64,000 nt of DNA from Klebsormidium nitens. Taxonomy: Eukaryota > Plantae > Klebsormidiophyceae. The translations under genes and the position numbers were made by a program. The first letter of the stretch is position 1. The number at the start of each line of letters is the position of its first letter. The notes under the pieces are model-generated. The model was given only the letters and a program-made list of their open reading frames with translations. It was not told the DNA's origin and ran no database searches. The stretch covers positions 89,516-153,515 of the forward strand of contig DF237101.1 in assembly GCA_000708835.1 (NCBI GenBank), given 5' to 3'. Positions 1-12,100 of the stretch are shown here, one piece after another.

Positions 1-1346
1 CCTGCGGTTGGAAAGCGCCCCTTGTCAGGATGAGAACAAAGCTTAAAAAAATTTTAAGCTATTGACTAGACTTGTAAATCTCTCCGTGTTTCTGTTGAGG
101 GCTTACAAGCTTGTGTCCGTAAAAACTCATCTGAAGCGCTCAAGATCAAAACTTCACAATGCCAAAGGGCTTGTCTCTCACGAGTTGGCAGCTTCTCCTC
201 TACTTCGCGAACCCGAACTGGAAGACTAGTCCAATAGATCTAGAAACCTCAACTACACTCCTCCGCTTTCAAACATTCTGGGGTGTCTAGGTTCGAATTG
301 GAGCGGTCGGGTAAGAAGGGACCAACGAAGAGCTGCTGCGAACACGGAGGAGAACCACATCACCCAGGGCAGATTGCAAGGGTAGATACCGTGCAGAATG
401 TGCGGAACAACCATCGGCCTGACTCCAAACATCATGATAGCAACCTGTCGCAGCGTCAGAATGGTGCTTCTTGCGGCGCGTATACTTCCTTCAGCTGGCT
501 GGCCCCCACCTTTTGGCAGCAAACGCTAGGATTCTTTGGCGCGACTTCCCCTCCTGCTCGCCGGTTGCAATACTGTAAAGGACATCTCCTACGATGCTGT
601 TTGGTCCGGACGCAACTTGTCCAGGATCGTCCAGCTCGTCCGCGATGGGGTCCTTCTCTTCTGCGTCTGTAAAAGCAAACTGCTAACGTGAAGTGGTGGC
701 AACCTTAGCTCACTGACTTGCCCCACTATCTTACATTTTCAAAAGTATGGTGGTGCATTTAGTTGCAGAGAACTTTCTTAAAAAGTGGTCAAGTGAAAAG
801 CATAGCTCAGATCATGTTCCTGAAGGTGGGCAGTACCTCAGATACCTTCATGATCTATGGACGTCCTGAATCAGGGCGACAAAGAACCTGATTACATTGG
901 TTGCAATTTCAGCATATTTACTTGGATCCATCTGCCTTCATCGTCAAACCAATTCACATGCACCCTAAACGAGATTGCAGGAGATTAGGGTTTTGTACGT
1001 TGCACTGCTTACCTGGAACATTCTTCGCCTCATCATACTCCCTTTCCTCCTTCTCAGCCCCCTCGTCTCCTTCTTGCACATCTGCCAACTCTGCACTGAT
1101 CTCGCTGCTCTGTTGCACCTGCTGAACCACGCTTGGCTCTGAAAATGCATTCCAATCAGGCTTTTCCTCTTCTGACGCTGCATCTGTGATTGTAATTTCT
1201 TCCTTCAAGATGCTCGGCTCCTGTGGCCCATCCGCTGAGGGCTCGTCCAATGGAAGCCTGGACGCGAGAGCTGCGAACTCATCGGCCCCATTGACCACGT
1301 CAGGCTCGGTGCTGAACGGATCTTCCCTTGCGCCCTCCATTTTCAT
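1..1346 (-). CDS. HLB1: HLB1-like TPR protein, 5' exons only; the gene continues past position 1
   Basis: Exons 1346-1013 (acidic N-terminus) and 666-510, plus an acceptor ccgcag|G at position 1. Phases are consistent. The spliced peptide VGDVLYSIATGEQEGKSRQRILAFAAKR matches the SRQRILAFAA(K/R)RY motif I recall from plant HLB1. Confidence 0.75.
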
Positions 1347-1526
1347 GAACAATATCAATGACATTGACAATGTGGAGATGCATGGAATAAAGTTGGAAAA
1401 CACCACTGAATAATGATTAGCTCAACCGCTTATACTGTCCCCCGGGGCGAGATAGCTCAGACTGGATTCCCGGTGCAAGAACAGCTAGGGAACTAGGAAG
1501 GTCTTCCAAGTCACTAACACTCTCCA

Positions 1527-1950
1527 CAGTCAGTACGCACGCTCTTGGACCCGCCAGAAAAAGTTCGGAANNNNNNNNNNNNNNNNNNNNNNNNNNNNNN
1601 NNNNNNNNNNNNNNNNNNNNNNNNNNNNNNNNNNNNNNNNNNNNNNNNNNNNNNNNNNNNNNNNNNNNNNNNNNNNNNNNNNNNNNNNNNNNNNNNNNNN
1701 NNNNNNNNNNNNNNNNNNNNNNNNNNNNNNNNNNNNNNNNNNNNNNNNNNNNNNNNNNNNNNNNNNNNNNNNNNNNNNNNNNNNNNNNNNNNNNNNNNNN
1801 NNAATGCGGACCCTAAAGTTTGCTGGCGACGCCTCAGGTTCTTAGAGTGAGGCGTCGCCGCGTTTCCGAACTTTTGTCTTAACACAGCCTGCCAACTGGG
1901 CACAGAAAAGGACGGTGGTGTCAAAGCCCCAGAAGCGTGCGTACTGACTG
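1527..1950. mobile_element. MITE copy A with CAGTCAGTACGCACGCT terminal inverted repeats (contains the N gap)
   Basis: Perfect 17-bp terminal inverted repeats (TIRs). TCCA flanks both ends (1523-1526, 1951-1954). It is a near-identical inverted copy of 1978-2261. Confidence 0.85.
1571..1802. other. Assembly gap (232 N)
   Basis: Run of n characters. Confidence 1.
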
Positions 1951-1977
1951 TCCACCGGCCTGGAACATTATAAACAC

Positions 1978-2261
1978 CAGTCAGTACGCACGCTTCTGGG
2001 GCTTTGACATCACCGTCCTTTTCTGTGCCCAGTTGGCAGGCTGTGTTAAGACAAAAGTTCGGGAACGCGGCGACGCCCTCACTTTAATTACCTGAGGGCG
2101 TCGTCAGCAAACTTTAGGGTCCGCATTTGCGGTTGCCAAAGAGCATTTAATGCTAACCACATCGGACGATCCAAAGGGTCAAAGTTGGGGGCTGCCCCCA
2201 TCGATCGACGGTTCCGAACTTTTTCTGGCGGGTCCAATGGCAAGAGCGTGCGTACTGACTG
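1978..2261. mobile_element. MITE copy B with CAGTCAGTACGCACGCT TIRs, 284 bp
   Basis: Perfect 17-bp TIRs. ACAC flanks both ends (1974-1977, 2262-2265). It is inverted relative to copy A. Confidence 0.88.
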
Positions 2262-2374
2262 ACACCGGTCGCTCGCCAGCCTGCTTGGAGTGGCCGGTCC
2301 TACGAGTGAAATATAAGGCCATTTTGACATATAGTAAAACCACTGCATGCGGGACAGGTCAGCTCAGCCTCATG

Positions 2375-2573
2375 ACTGCGATAACTCTCGTGTGACCTAA
2401 GAGGCGTGTGACCTAAGATAGGCACCCGGGGGACGGGTGGGGTTGGTATGGTGGTTAGGGTGGGTTGGGGTGCGGAGCGGGTGATTATTTGTGTTAGGTT
2501 TTTAGTTTGAAGTGCCCGGGTAACTCGTATCTTAGGTCACACGCCCGTTAGGTCACACGAGAGTTACCGGTAT
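2375..2573 (+). mobile_element. Conserved-core, variable-TIR element, copy 1 (probable non-autonomous Mutator-like)
   Basis: About 39-bp TIR (TAACTCTCGTGTGACCTAA...AAGATA), shared G/T core containing GGGTGCGGAGC, perfect 9-bp TSD AGCCTCATG (2366-2374, 2574-2582). Confidence 0.85.
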
Positions 2574-2880
2574 AGCCTCATGCAGGTCAGCTGAGAAAGT
2601 GAGAGGTCGAGCAGAGCAGGTAGAGCTAGGCGTTTCCAATGCCCTTCAATTCAAGTTCACGAGCTCTTGAAGGCCCCACACAAGCGATCTCAGACTGGAG
2701 GATTGGCACAACAGTTTTGCCACATTGCAGCGCAGATTAACTCGTTCTCCGGTGAATTCAAGGAGCACCACCACCACCACCTTCAATTGACATCAGCGCC
2801 ACCACTTTCCTCATCTCTCCATATCAAGAAAGTTGCATCACAGCATTGGTGCATTCAATGTCAAATGCTGACACTTAGAA

Positions 2881-5800
2881 ATGGCGGAAGAAACGGAATT
2901 GGCTGTCAGCATTCCCTGTGCTTACACCATAGAAGCCCTCATCAAGCTCAAAGTGATCCGGGTGTTTGTGTACGCTAGGCTCGATTGCGTTCATGACCAC
3001 CCCCAGAACCAAAGAACCGAGTGCCAACTCGATAGCAATAAGGATAGCACTGAATGTCCCAGCTCAGTGGTTCCTTCTATGACTGGGGCTGAAGTTGCCC
3101 TGGTTGATAAGGGGGGAGCGACAGTCATCCAAGTTTCTATTGCGGACTCTCGAGCAGACTCTTGTAGAAAGCAACGTCGTATGATTTCTCTGCCGGAAGA
3201 AGTGGTGATTGACAGACAGTCTCTGAGTGTCATCGAGCGCCCCGACCACCTGGAGCTGAAGTTGCAGATTGTGGCATCGCTTGGTGAGGGCAACTGGGGA
3301 GCCGGGAGCAGCTCAAGCAACACCGAGATGAAGACGTTCCAGGAGAAAGGGTGCTTTGCATGTGGAGGGTGCGGACAGCCTGTAGTAGAACAAGGAATCA
3401 AGTGAGTGCTCAATCGATGACTACAAATGATGAGAGGCATGTCTCTCAGATTCTGACAAGTGTTTCATGCTAAGATCGATCAAGTGTCCCACACAAAGAT
3501 CTGTTGATGTTACTCACGAGCTTGTTAGCTAAAGTATGATTGACTTTTACATGCCTGTCAGCTAGTTGGTATTGAGCTGAAGCTATTAGTAAGAGGAGCT
3601 GAAGCTGTGTCATACCATGAAATTCGCAGACTACACATTTTGGAGAATCATTCCTTTTACTCGTCAGGATGTTGCGGCCGTCCCTGAAAGACCTCTCACC
3701 CAGCTAATGAACTATTCACCTGTTCCTTGGTGCGTAAATACTTCGATGGCTTTGGTGGACGAAATCGGTCTCACAGTGTCCCTGAGAGCTAGGCAGAGTT
3801 TCTGTTGCCAGGTTTCTAAGGCTTCGATCCTAGCACTGTGCTCCTCCAATATTGGATTATTTCGTATAGTGTCCACTTGCAGACTCCCTTGGCGGTTGTC
3901 AAAGACGCCTTGGACGCGTTCCAGCCACAGATCATTGTTGTCTCCTCCAATCTGTTCCATCTTGGGTTACATACAAGGACGGTATGAACAAGGACTTCCT
4001 GATCGAAGAAGCATAAAAGTTGCACTATCAACCCTGTCAATCAAGTACCTACCTCCTGAGAAGAGGCAATCTCTCGGCTCAACCGTCCAGCTTTCTCACC
4101 GCTTGAGTCCTGATTGCAGGCACTTCTTCCCGATGCCGTCTGAGAACTGGGAAGAGCTCGCAGACCACTGGTTCGATCTGCAATGTGGGTGCGGTGGGCC
4201 CGTCAAAGCTTCGAACCTGGCCCGGAAAGTGCAAGCGCGCTTGGTCCCAACTCGAGCCACGTGCCTCGTAGGCACCACGAGCTACTTGCTGCATGAAAGC
4301 GACCTTGTCGCAAGCGGTGGACAGAAGGAAAGGGAATGGGGCTCTCTGCCAAATGGCCTCCCGGTTGGAAACCAGCCTCTCAACACGGAGAGAGCAGTTA
4401 CGGAGTCGTTGGAAAGAAGCTCGAGCGATGGAGCTGGTTCTTCAGAGGGTGATGCCACGTCACGGGAGGTTTTGCAGCGGCGACGACAGAGTGTCATGCA
4501 TGTTACAGACGAGCAGTCGCTTTACAGTGCAGCAACAATGAGCCCTGCATTTGAGACGCCTGAGTCCGTTCCAATTCAACGAAACAACAGTCAGGATGAG
4601 GATTGTGAGCCGACCGCCTCCAAAAGCGAACCAAGCAACGAGTTCGACAGCAGTCGTTTGGACGAAGGAAGAGAAGAGGAGAGTGGTGTGGCTCCTGCTT
4701 CGTGCTGTGGACACGTGGAGTCGGCTGCTGACGTGGCAGTCGAGCTGGCGCCGGAACGCATTCAGGAGCTGGCAGAAGGGCCGATTGAGGTAACGAAAGT
4801 GAACACTGTGATTCCGAAGGTCTCTCACTTTTTCTCTTCCGGGCGAGGTTATTCATTGAGTGCTCTGTCCACTTATTCGAAGGTACTGCGCTTGTCTTTC
4901 AGGTGAATATTGCCTGTGCTTCGAGGAAGTTCTTCCCTATGCTTCGAGGAAGTTCTTCCGCCTCTATTCAATTTTTGGCTGCAGTCTTCTACGCATAGAT
5001 TCAAAAGCGTTTGTGATCCCAACGGTTATCGTCATTGTGACCTTCGCAGCATAGGGGCGAGCGTCTCAATCACTGCCGATCAGTATCCATGGGCTTCTTT
5101 GAACAGATTCTTGGACCTCCTCGAGGACCTTTACAACAACCACGTGACAAAGTGCCTATCTTTAGATCTTTCAGTTGCAAAGCATGAAAATCTGCAGTCA
5201 GTCGGTTGAAAGGGAACTTTCTCAAACGTGTCCAAAAGTGGGACTTCTCGTGAACCTCATCGAATCCTGATAAATCTCGTTAAGCCTCGTCGGCTTCCTA
5301 ATCGACTTGCAAACGGACGTGCAGCCGACCGAGCCCCTCACGGGCGCCCACAAGTGGATCCGCGTCCGTTGCCCCTGCTGCACGGAAACGCTAGGAGTGC
5401 GTCGAGCCACAGGTCAGGCTTCCTTCCGTTTCTTGCCCGTTCCGTTCCGTTGGTCGCCCAGGTCGGTTCATGCAGTGAAGCTGGACCTTGTACTTACACT
5501 GAGGATCCTCTTCGATCGGGGCTCCTTCTCTTGCCGCTCTCTGCAACCCCTTTCGAATTGAAAATCAACCTCACCAAGCCCAGGTTGGCTTGCCTTACCG
5601 ATGGTTGTATTCTTCTGATTCGTTGGGCCATTCCGCTCGTCCACTCCTCTGTCGGGACCACCGTTCCGTTCGCTTGATTCCCCATGCTGTCCCACGCTAG
5701 GCTCGCAGACGTGCGGACGAGCCAATCACCTGGAAGCAACACTTCCACTTTCTTCTCTGCGCCGCTTCCATGGAACTCGACACACCTTTGAAAGCTTGCG

Positions 5801-7237
5801 TTTCTTCCTACGTTGGAAGTTGCCCCGTGAACTGGAGCTAACGTCGGCATGACGTCATCCGTGTGCAGAGGACCAAACGACAGCCAGCCCAGGCGTGTAT
5901 CTTTTCAAGCACCGTGTGGTACTGTGCGGGGGAGCCTCGACTTCACCAAGTCGAAAGATCACGTGAGTCTGCATCTCGTCTGGCTTGTTGGGTAGAAATG
6001 AGTGCACGTGATCATAGTTGTTTTGCCGTCCTAATCTGCTAAAAGTGAAAAGCGCCAGCCTCTCGGGAATAACCGCTCTGCCCGTGTCACATCTGCCCGT
6101 GGTTTGATTCTGTAACCCCGCGTGTTAGAGGACTGTATTCGTGGTCCGCTCACTTCACCTTGGTCGTTGGACTTTTCAGCCAGAAGTTTTGCTTTCTCAG
6201 TGCTTCGTTCTGTTTTTGCATCGGTTACACCTGCATTGCCGGCGAACAGTTCAAATTCTGCCTCTTCAACGCTGTCCGTTCCTTCCCTAGGGCTTCATCC
6301 GTCTGCGGTTCTCACTGACTGTTCAAATCGCTCTGTTCAGAATCAGATACGGTTCGTTCGCTACTGCGACGAACAGAACCCCCCAGCCCGATTAGCAAAC
6401 GACAAATGAAACGTTGCTGTCTTCAGCTAATCCGCATCTCGTCTGCCAGGCGCGAGGCCCTGTTGGCACACTTCTCGGCACGGCTCCAGCAGGCCGCGGA
6501 GCAGAGCCTCTGCTCGCGCTTCCTTCTACAAGGCCTCCTCACCGGAAAGCCGTACTGCCACGTCACGGTCCTCAGCCGAGAGACGTTTGTCTGGAGCGGC
6601 CTTTTAAACGGGAGCGGCGACGGCAGCCAACGGTCGCAGGGTTTGAAGGTTCTTCTGACATACCCATCGGACGCCGTGGCGGGGTGAGTAAGAATCTGGA
6701 TTTGTATGTTGAGCAGACAATGCTCTTTTATTGATGGTGGAGAGAAACAGTGACCTACTCTCAGTTTTTCAGTCGTTAGGTCGACAATGCGTTTCGACCG
6801 GGTTGGTAAGGTACGGGAATCCAACTTTCGCAGGCGCGAGCGTACGAGTTTAGTTCACCAATCAGTGCCCCGAGTGTGAAGCGACCCATTTCGATTTGCC
6901 CAGGAGCGGAGTTGCCAAAAGCTGTCTGGTCATGGCACGGCTTCGTCTTCTTACATGAACATGGCTCAGATACGGTGTGCTGGAATTTAAGTGCTGTAGA
7001 CGCAGTTACAAATATTATTTGTCTCGTAGCAAAGAGCGGACTTCCTCGCTGGAAACACATACGGATTGCGCTTCCGCCTGCAGCACGCCCGCGGATCCGA
7101 AGCGGAGTAACCAGTTCGAGAGAGTCTTCCTTCTAGAGGACGACGCAGAGGAGCTGCTTCGCATCCTGGTCGCCAACAATGAGAAGTACCCGCTGTCGTG
7201 TCGAACCCTTAACCGTGCATCGCTGAGCTTCCTATAG
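2881..7237 (+). CDS. UBE3D: E3 ubiquitin ligase E3D-like protein (HECT_2 family), 6 exons, about 586 aa
   Basis: Exons 2881-3401, 4120-4789, 5325-5412, 5869-5962, 6450-6683, 7084-7237, all GT-AG and phase-consistent. Family motifs: CGGCGQPV, PMPSENWEELADHWF, VRCPCCTETLG, GVYLFKHRV, LKVLLTY and the C-terminal LRILVANNEKYPLSCR. Confidence 0.8.
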
Positions 7238-8897
7238 GGAGAGTACGAACCGTAGGCAGTTTACAAATCTTCGTAAGCTATCTTGGCAGCTTGACCTGGC
7301 AGCGGCGCTCAAGCTCCGAATATTGATCACCCGGAAGCAATGGGTCGACATACTATTTTCAGTCAATCGAAATATGACTCTATTGACCCGGATCCGGACT
7401 CCGACAAGGGGAAGGTCCTTGCTTCTCTGATTTACAGCCAGTCAGTTGTGTGTAACAAGATCTTGGTATCTAGCTCGACCAGGAGATTGACTCCCTGGCA
7501 CCAATCACTAGCGCACGGACACCCACTTTACATGCTCAACTACAATGTGCCGTTTAGTATTCAAGTCCGACTTCATGTTATTGCTTGGGAGGGGAAAAGC
7601 GGCGAGGCGCGACGGATGCCACGCCGCGGGCCATTCGCGCCTGGGCTGCGCGGCGGCCAATTGTAAGTAATGGAATTCTGTGCGTGCTGAACTGCATACC
7701 ACATGGCACTGTTCAATTAAGATTGGAGTCACGTACGTCAGCTACAGTCCGGAAAATTGATCGTCGGTATGATCTTTATGGTTAAGCTCACAGTGAGCTC
7801 AGAGTTTCATTGAGTTTCCGCTGGCCCATGCAGCGGTATTCGGGTATCAAGTTGTTACCGTCTCCAACATAACGCTTGCATGAAACGATATTGGCACTTT
7901 ACTTGGCATGGTACATAGGCACTTGAATGTGCGAGTTTTACGTGCGCGGGCCACAATCGATCACTGTAACACGTCCAAATGAAGCCGGACTCACCATGCT
8001 GCCATGAATTAGTATACATTCTTGTAAGTATGGCACGATTGCATGGCGGCTGCTTGGTGAGTAGGAGCCATGAGCCGGATTGAATGCTAGCTCGATTCAC
8101 TATCGACAGCCCTTGACTGATTCCTGTTCCTCATGAATGCTATTAGCAAGACGTCTCGATTTTCAGCAGCGCGCGGTATACATCGAAATTACATTCGATG
8201 CAGCCATGCAGTTGATCTGGAAATAGGTACTGTCGAGGCGTTATTCTTCAGGGCTTTGTAGTACGCGGCCGTGGTGAGTCCTGGACCAGTCTCATGGAAC
8301 CTCGCGATTTGCGCCAGGCATCCGAGATGTTCATCAGGCCTGGCAATTTCGATTGTAAGTCTACATTGTTAATTGTTTGACCAAATATCAGTCCTCTTTA
8401 GTACTTATCCGCACAGATTCGAAACTGAAACCTCGTTCATTGAACTGGTGACCTGAGCTCACATAACAATACGCGCTCTCGCTATTCCTGCTTGACTTTG
8501 AATTTTTTGACCCCGCAAGCAGCCCCCGCTGTGCAACTTGCGGCGCGCAGTGTGATCCAGTCTGTGCATGCAGCTATCCTCAGTACTGTCGCGCTCTTCG
8601 CTTTACCTCGCTTCACTTGCTTAACCTAATGACCGAGCTACTTGATTGATCTACGGTTCACATGGTACATTATGGACATACCGACAGATGCTTAAAGTTT
8701 GACTCTAATGCAAGCGCCCCTCATCCAAGCAAGACTGCTGTTTTGACGGATTTTGGTTGACGCGGGTTGGCACTTTTTCTACACCCAGCGGACATTTGGA
8801 CGCGCCTTCTCAGCAGCAGCCGTCGTCCGCAACAGAGAGCGACGCGTTGCCACTGGCGACCTAGTAACTGGAGTCCGACTTTGACGGTCCCCTCGCA

Positions 8898-9096
8898 ATA
8901 CCGGTAACGCCCATTTTACATGAGAGCCATTGCACTTAGGATCCAAGCTACCCGGGCGGACAAACTAAATTCCCTAACCAACAGCATCACCCGCTCCGCA
9001 CCCGAACCCATTCTAACCACCAAACTAACACTACCCGTCTCCCGGGCGCCAATCTTGAGTGAAATGGCTCTTAATCGAAATGGGAGTTACCAGAAT
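8898..9096 (-). mobile_element. Conserved-core, variable-TIR element, copy 2
   Basis: Reverse-orientation core; imperfect 40-bp TIR (GGTAACGCCCATTT.../...AAATGGGAGTTACC); same 199-bp length as copy 1; flanks CCCCTCGCA and TGCCTCGCA match at 7 of 9 positions. Confidence 0.8.
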
Positions 9097-9184
9097 TGCC
9101 TCGCAGACCAGGTAAAGGGGCGACCAAGGACTGCACTTGGAGGGGCAAAGCGTCGCCGAAGCCACGTGGGCGCCCACGCCCTCA

Positions 9185-12100
9185 TTACGTCAGCGCTCCT
9201 TGCTTGACGAAGCTCTTGATGGTGCTTACCAGCAACGGCATGTTGATCGGTTTCGTGAGGTACCTGGCATGAGGAAAGTAGCCAGGATGCTTGAAAGAGT
9301 CCCCGGAGCCTTCCATTATTTGCAGAAGAGAACCGACTCGCGTGCGTCGCAAATTGCGCAAAGGGAACGAACAAAGAAGGTGTCAAACGTGCCTGTTTTC
9401 AGAACGGGCAAAATTGGCCGGTCAACGATTCAAGGTCTCGTGATTCTGAAACGGGAACAAACTGCCCGTTTTTTTTGATATCGAAAGAGGGTGCCATCCG
9501 AGACGTCAGACTTTTTGTTAGAGCTTGAATCCACCCTGGCAGGACCGCTTTGCACAAGCAAGCATGGCGGCAGCATGGGTCTAGCGCGACTCCTTTTGTT
9601 TACTGACACACACTCGGCACCGCCGAAATGGATCAGAGCAGCCCAGAGTACGTCCCCAATTGTGATTAATCACCAGGGGTAGAGAAACATGCAAGTACAG
9701 AGGGGAAAAGACATTCTTCGTTGCTTAATACCTCACGTCTCAAGCCTCAAGCGGAAACTATTACAGCTTCTCCCGAGCAACCTGCCAGTTTTAGTGGGAA
9801 AATTGGTCTAAGTTAGTCAGTCTGCTGATGAGTGAAATTAGTCTAAGTTAGATGACACTAAAACTGGCAGGTTGCTCGGGAGAAGCTGTAATCACATAGA
9901 AACACGGCGCGCGTTTTCTCACCCGTCCATCCCGACCCCCAGGCACTTCTCTTTGTCAGTCGCCATTGCGTGCGCTGCACGAGAGCCACAGCGCAGATCA
10001 TAGAATCAGGTCGTCGCTTCCGGCAGGAAACTCAAGAAAGACAATAGTAAGCCGAGAGAATAGTAAGGTAACCGCACTGGGACGGGTAGGGTTGGTTTGG
10101 TGGTTAGTGTGGGTACGGGTGCGGAGCAGGTGTATTTTTGGGTTAGGGTTTTTAGTGTTAGTCGGAGCTTATCAGTATCTTGGCTTACTATTATCTTTCT
10201 TGAGAGTTATGCTTCCGGCGTTCTCGGACAGCCAAATGGTGGTCAATTCTCTTCTTACGTCTTTTTGCTGACAACCGGCGGAGGCGGTCACCCCACTCTA
10301 CTTACTAGTCTAGTAAATCCTGCTTGGTTGAGGGAAGAGCTTTCGTTGAAACGCGAGGTTAGATTCACGGAGCGAAAACCTCTACCAGCGAGTCAACTGT
10401 GATCCGTCACTGTTTCTTGTTTCTTCTTTGAAGAGACCAGCTAGTGATGCGAGGCTGCATCCCATTAATCGAAAGTTTCTTCGTTCTACAACGCGGGCTG
10501 CATCACAGGTGCTTGAAATAGAATAATGACGGGTAACACATTCAGTTACGAACCCTTCACTAAACAAGATAATGTACGGGATATTCAATCTGGGGTAAAC
10601 AAATAACGGGAGAATCGTTTAAGAGAAATCTTTGATGTTGGATATTTGCTGAATAACTCCTCCCCTTTCAGGAACCTCGCAAGACTTGGAACGTCGAAAG
10701 AAGGGACTTTCTGCTATGCTGACACTCCGTTCGAAGCCAACCATTGTTCTCGGGCCCACCGTGCCACAAAACAAACCGCAGAACAAATCCGGCACCAGAG
10801 GAGTTCCAAGGCCCAGAGTGGAAGCGAAAACTGCCAACGAGACTGATGCGCACGTGAATCCTCGATCCGCAAACGTTATGTTCTTTCCTGGAGCTCACCC
10901 GTTAAAGCTACGATGGGCACGTGCACTTTCTCCCCCTTCTCTAGTTCCCGGATCTCGGTCGTGGCGCCGTAGCCGTCCAGCACCGGCATCTGGCAGTCCA
11001 TGAGAACTAGATCGAAGCAGCCGGACGTCCGCAAGGCCTCGGCCAGGGCGTCCGCGGGGGGTCCAAATTCGGACAGCGAGGGAGGGGCTTTTTGGGCGTT
11101 CAGTTGGAGCTCCATCGCGGCCAAGATGGCGTTCACCGCCTGCGGAATACAAGAATTTCTGGAATAATTTTCTTGGGTCTATTCATCGGGAAACGGTGTG
11201 AAGAACTCGTCTAGTTCTTGGGATCCAGGAAATTGGGAGTTGGAAGTGCCGGGCTCTTCTCAACTTGAAGACTGCGAGATCAGAAGCGTTTTGGGGGCAG
11301 CTTGAGTCACCGTTGGCTCCGGCGCAGAGGAAAGAGATACTTTGACGTTGAGAGAGCATTTTCCAGGGAGCCAGACAGGGCTGTTATGTTGACTGGGGCT
11401 TCTTCGTTCAGCTTGCTCCAGATCTTACCCAATCTATTGCATAGACGGCCCTCCATCCCTGCCATCTGTGCCCGACGAAGCACAAAAAGCAAACCAGTAA
11501 AGATTCTCATTTTGGAACACATCCCAACAGTTTCTTGCCTATTGTGCACTGTCACGTAAACTGGAAGGGGCGGACAAGCGGACACCAACTCCGACTTTTT
11601 TCTTCTGAACACGACTCATCGCCAAATTCGCTCTTAAGCAAGCCTGTGTCATCTGTGGTGCTCCTCCACTCCGCAAAATCTTGGTCACCAGGAGCTTCTG
11701 AAAGAGGTATGACTCAAAACGCAGCTTTTCAAGCTATCCATAAAAGCTGTTTCCCGTCTAAGCAAATACACAGAGAGAAGAGAGCCAGCAATAAAACCTC
11801 TCTGGACATGCTTCCCATCCTATCTCCGTTTCAGAATTGGAAGCCCGAATGAAGTGATCGTGCTTGGCACTGCTTTGATCTCACCTGCCGCCCGTTCTCG
11901 ACCGCAAACACACGCGCCCCGACTCTGGTCAGAATCGTCGTCGCCAGCTTTCGCAGCAGTACCGTATCTTCCACGATCAAAATGTGCACACCCGCGAGCG
12001 GCAGGCCCTCTCCCCCGGGCTCCCCTCCAGGTTTGCCAGTCGCCTTGACCTTACCCGGTTGCTTCTCACCGGTCACCTCTTGACTGACGCTCGCTTCTGC

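Noticed and set aside
1444-1500. tRNA-like start GGGGCGAGATAGCTCAGACTGG
   Set aside because: It resembles an A-box/D-arm, but there is no TTCRA T-loop, anticodon arm or matching acceptor stem.
3617-4906. 429-aa ORF as a single-exon gene
   Set aside because: Only 4120-4789 is exon 2 of the UBE3D-like gene; the rest is open intron sequence bounded by clear splice sites.
4910-5209. Possible extra UBE3D exon and a 19-bp tandem repeat (GCTTCGAGGAAGTTCTTCC twice)
   Set aside because: The model is already in phase without it, and the repeat is an ordinary short intronic duplication.
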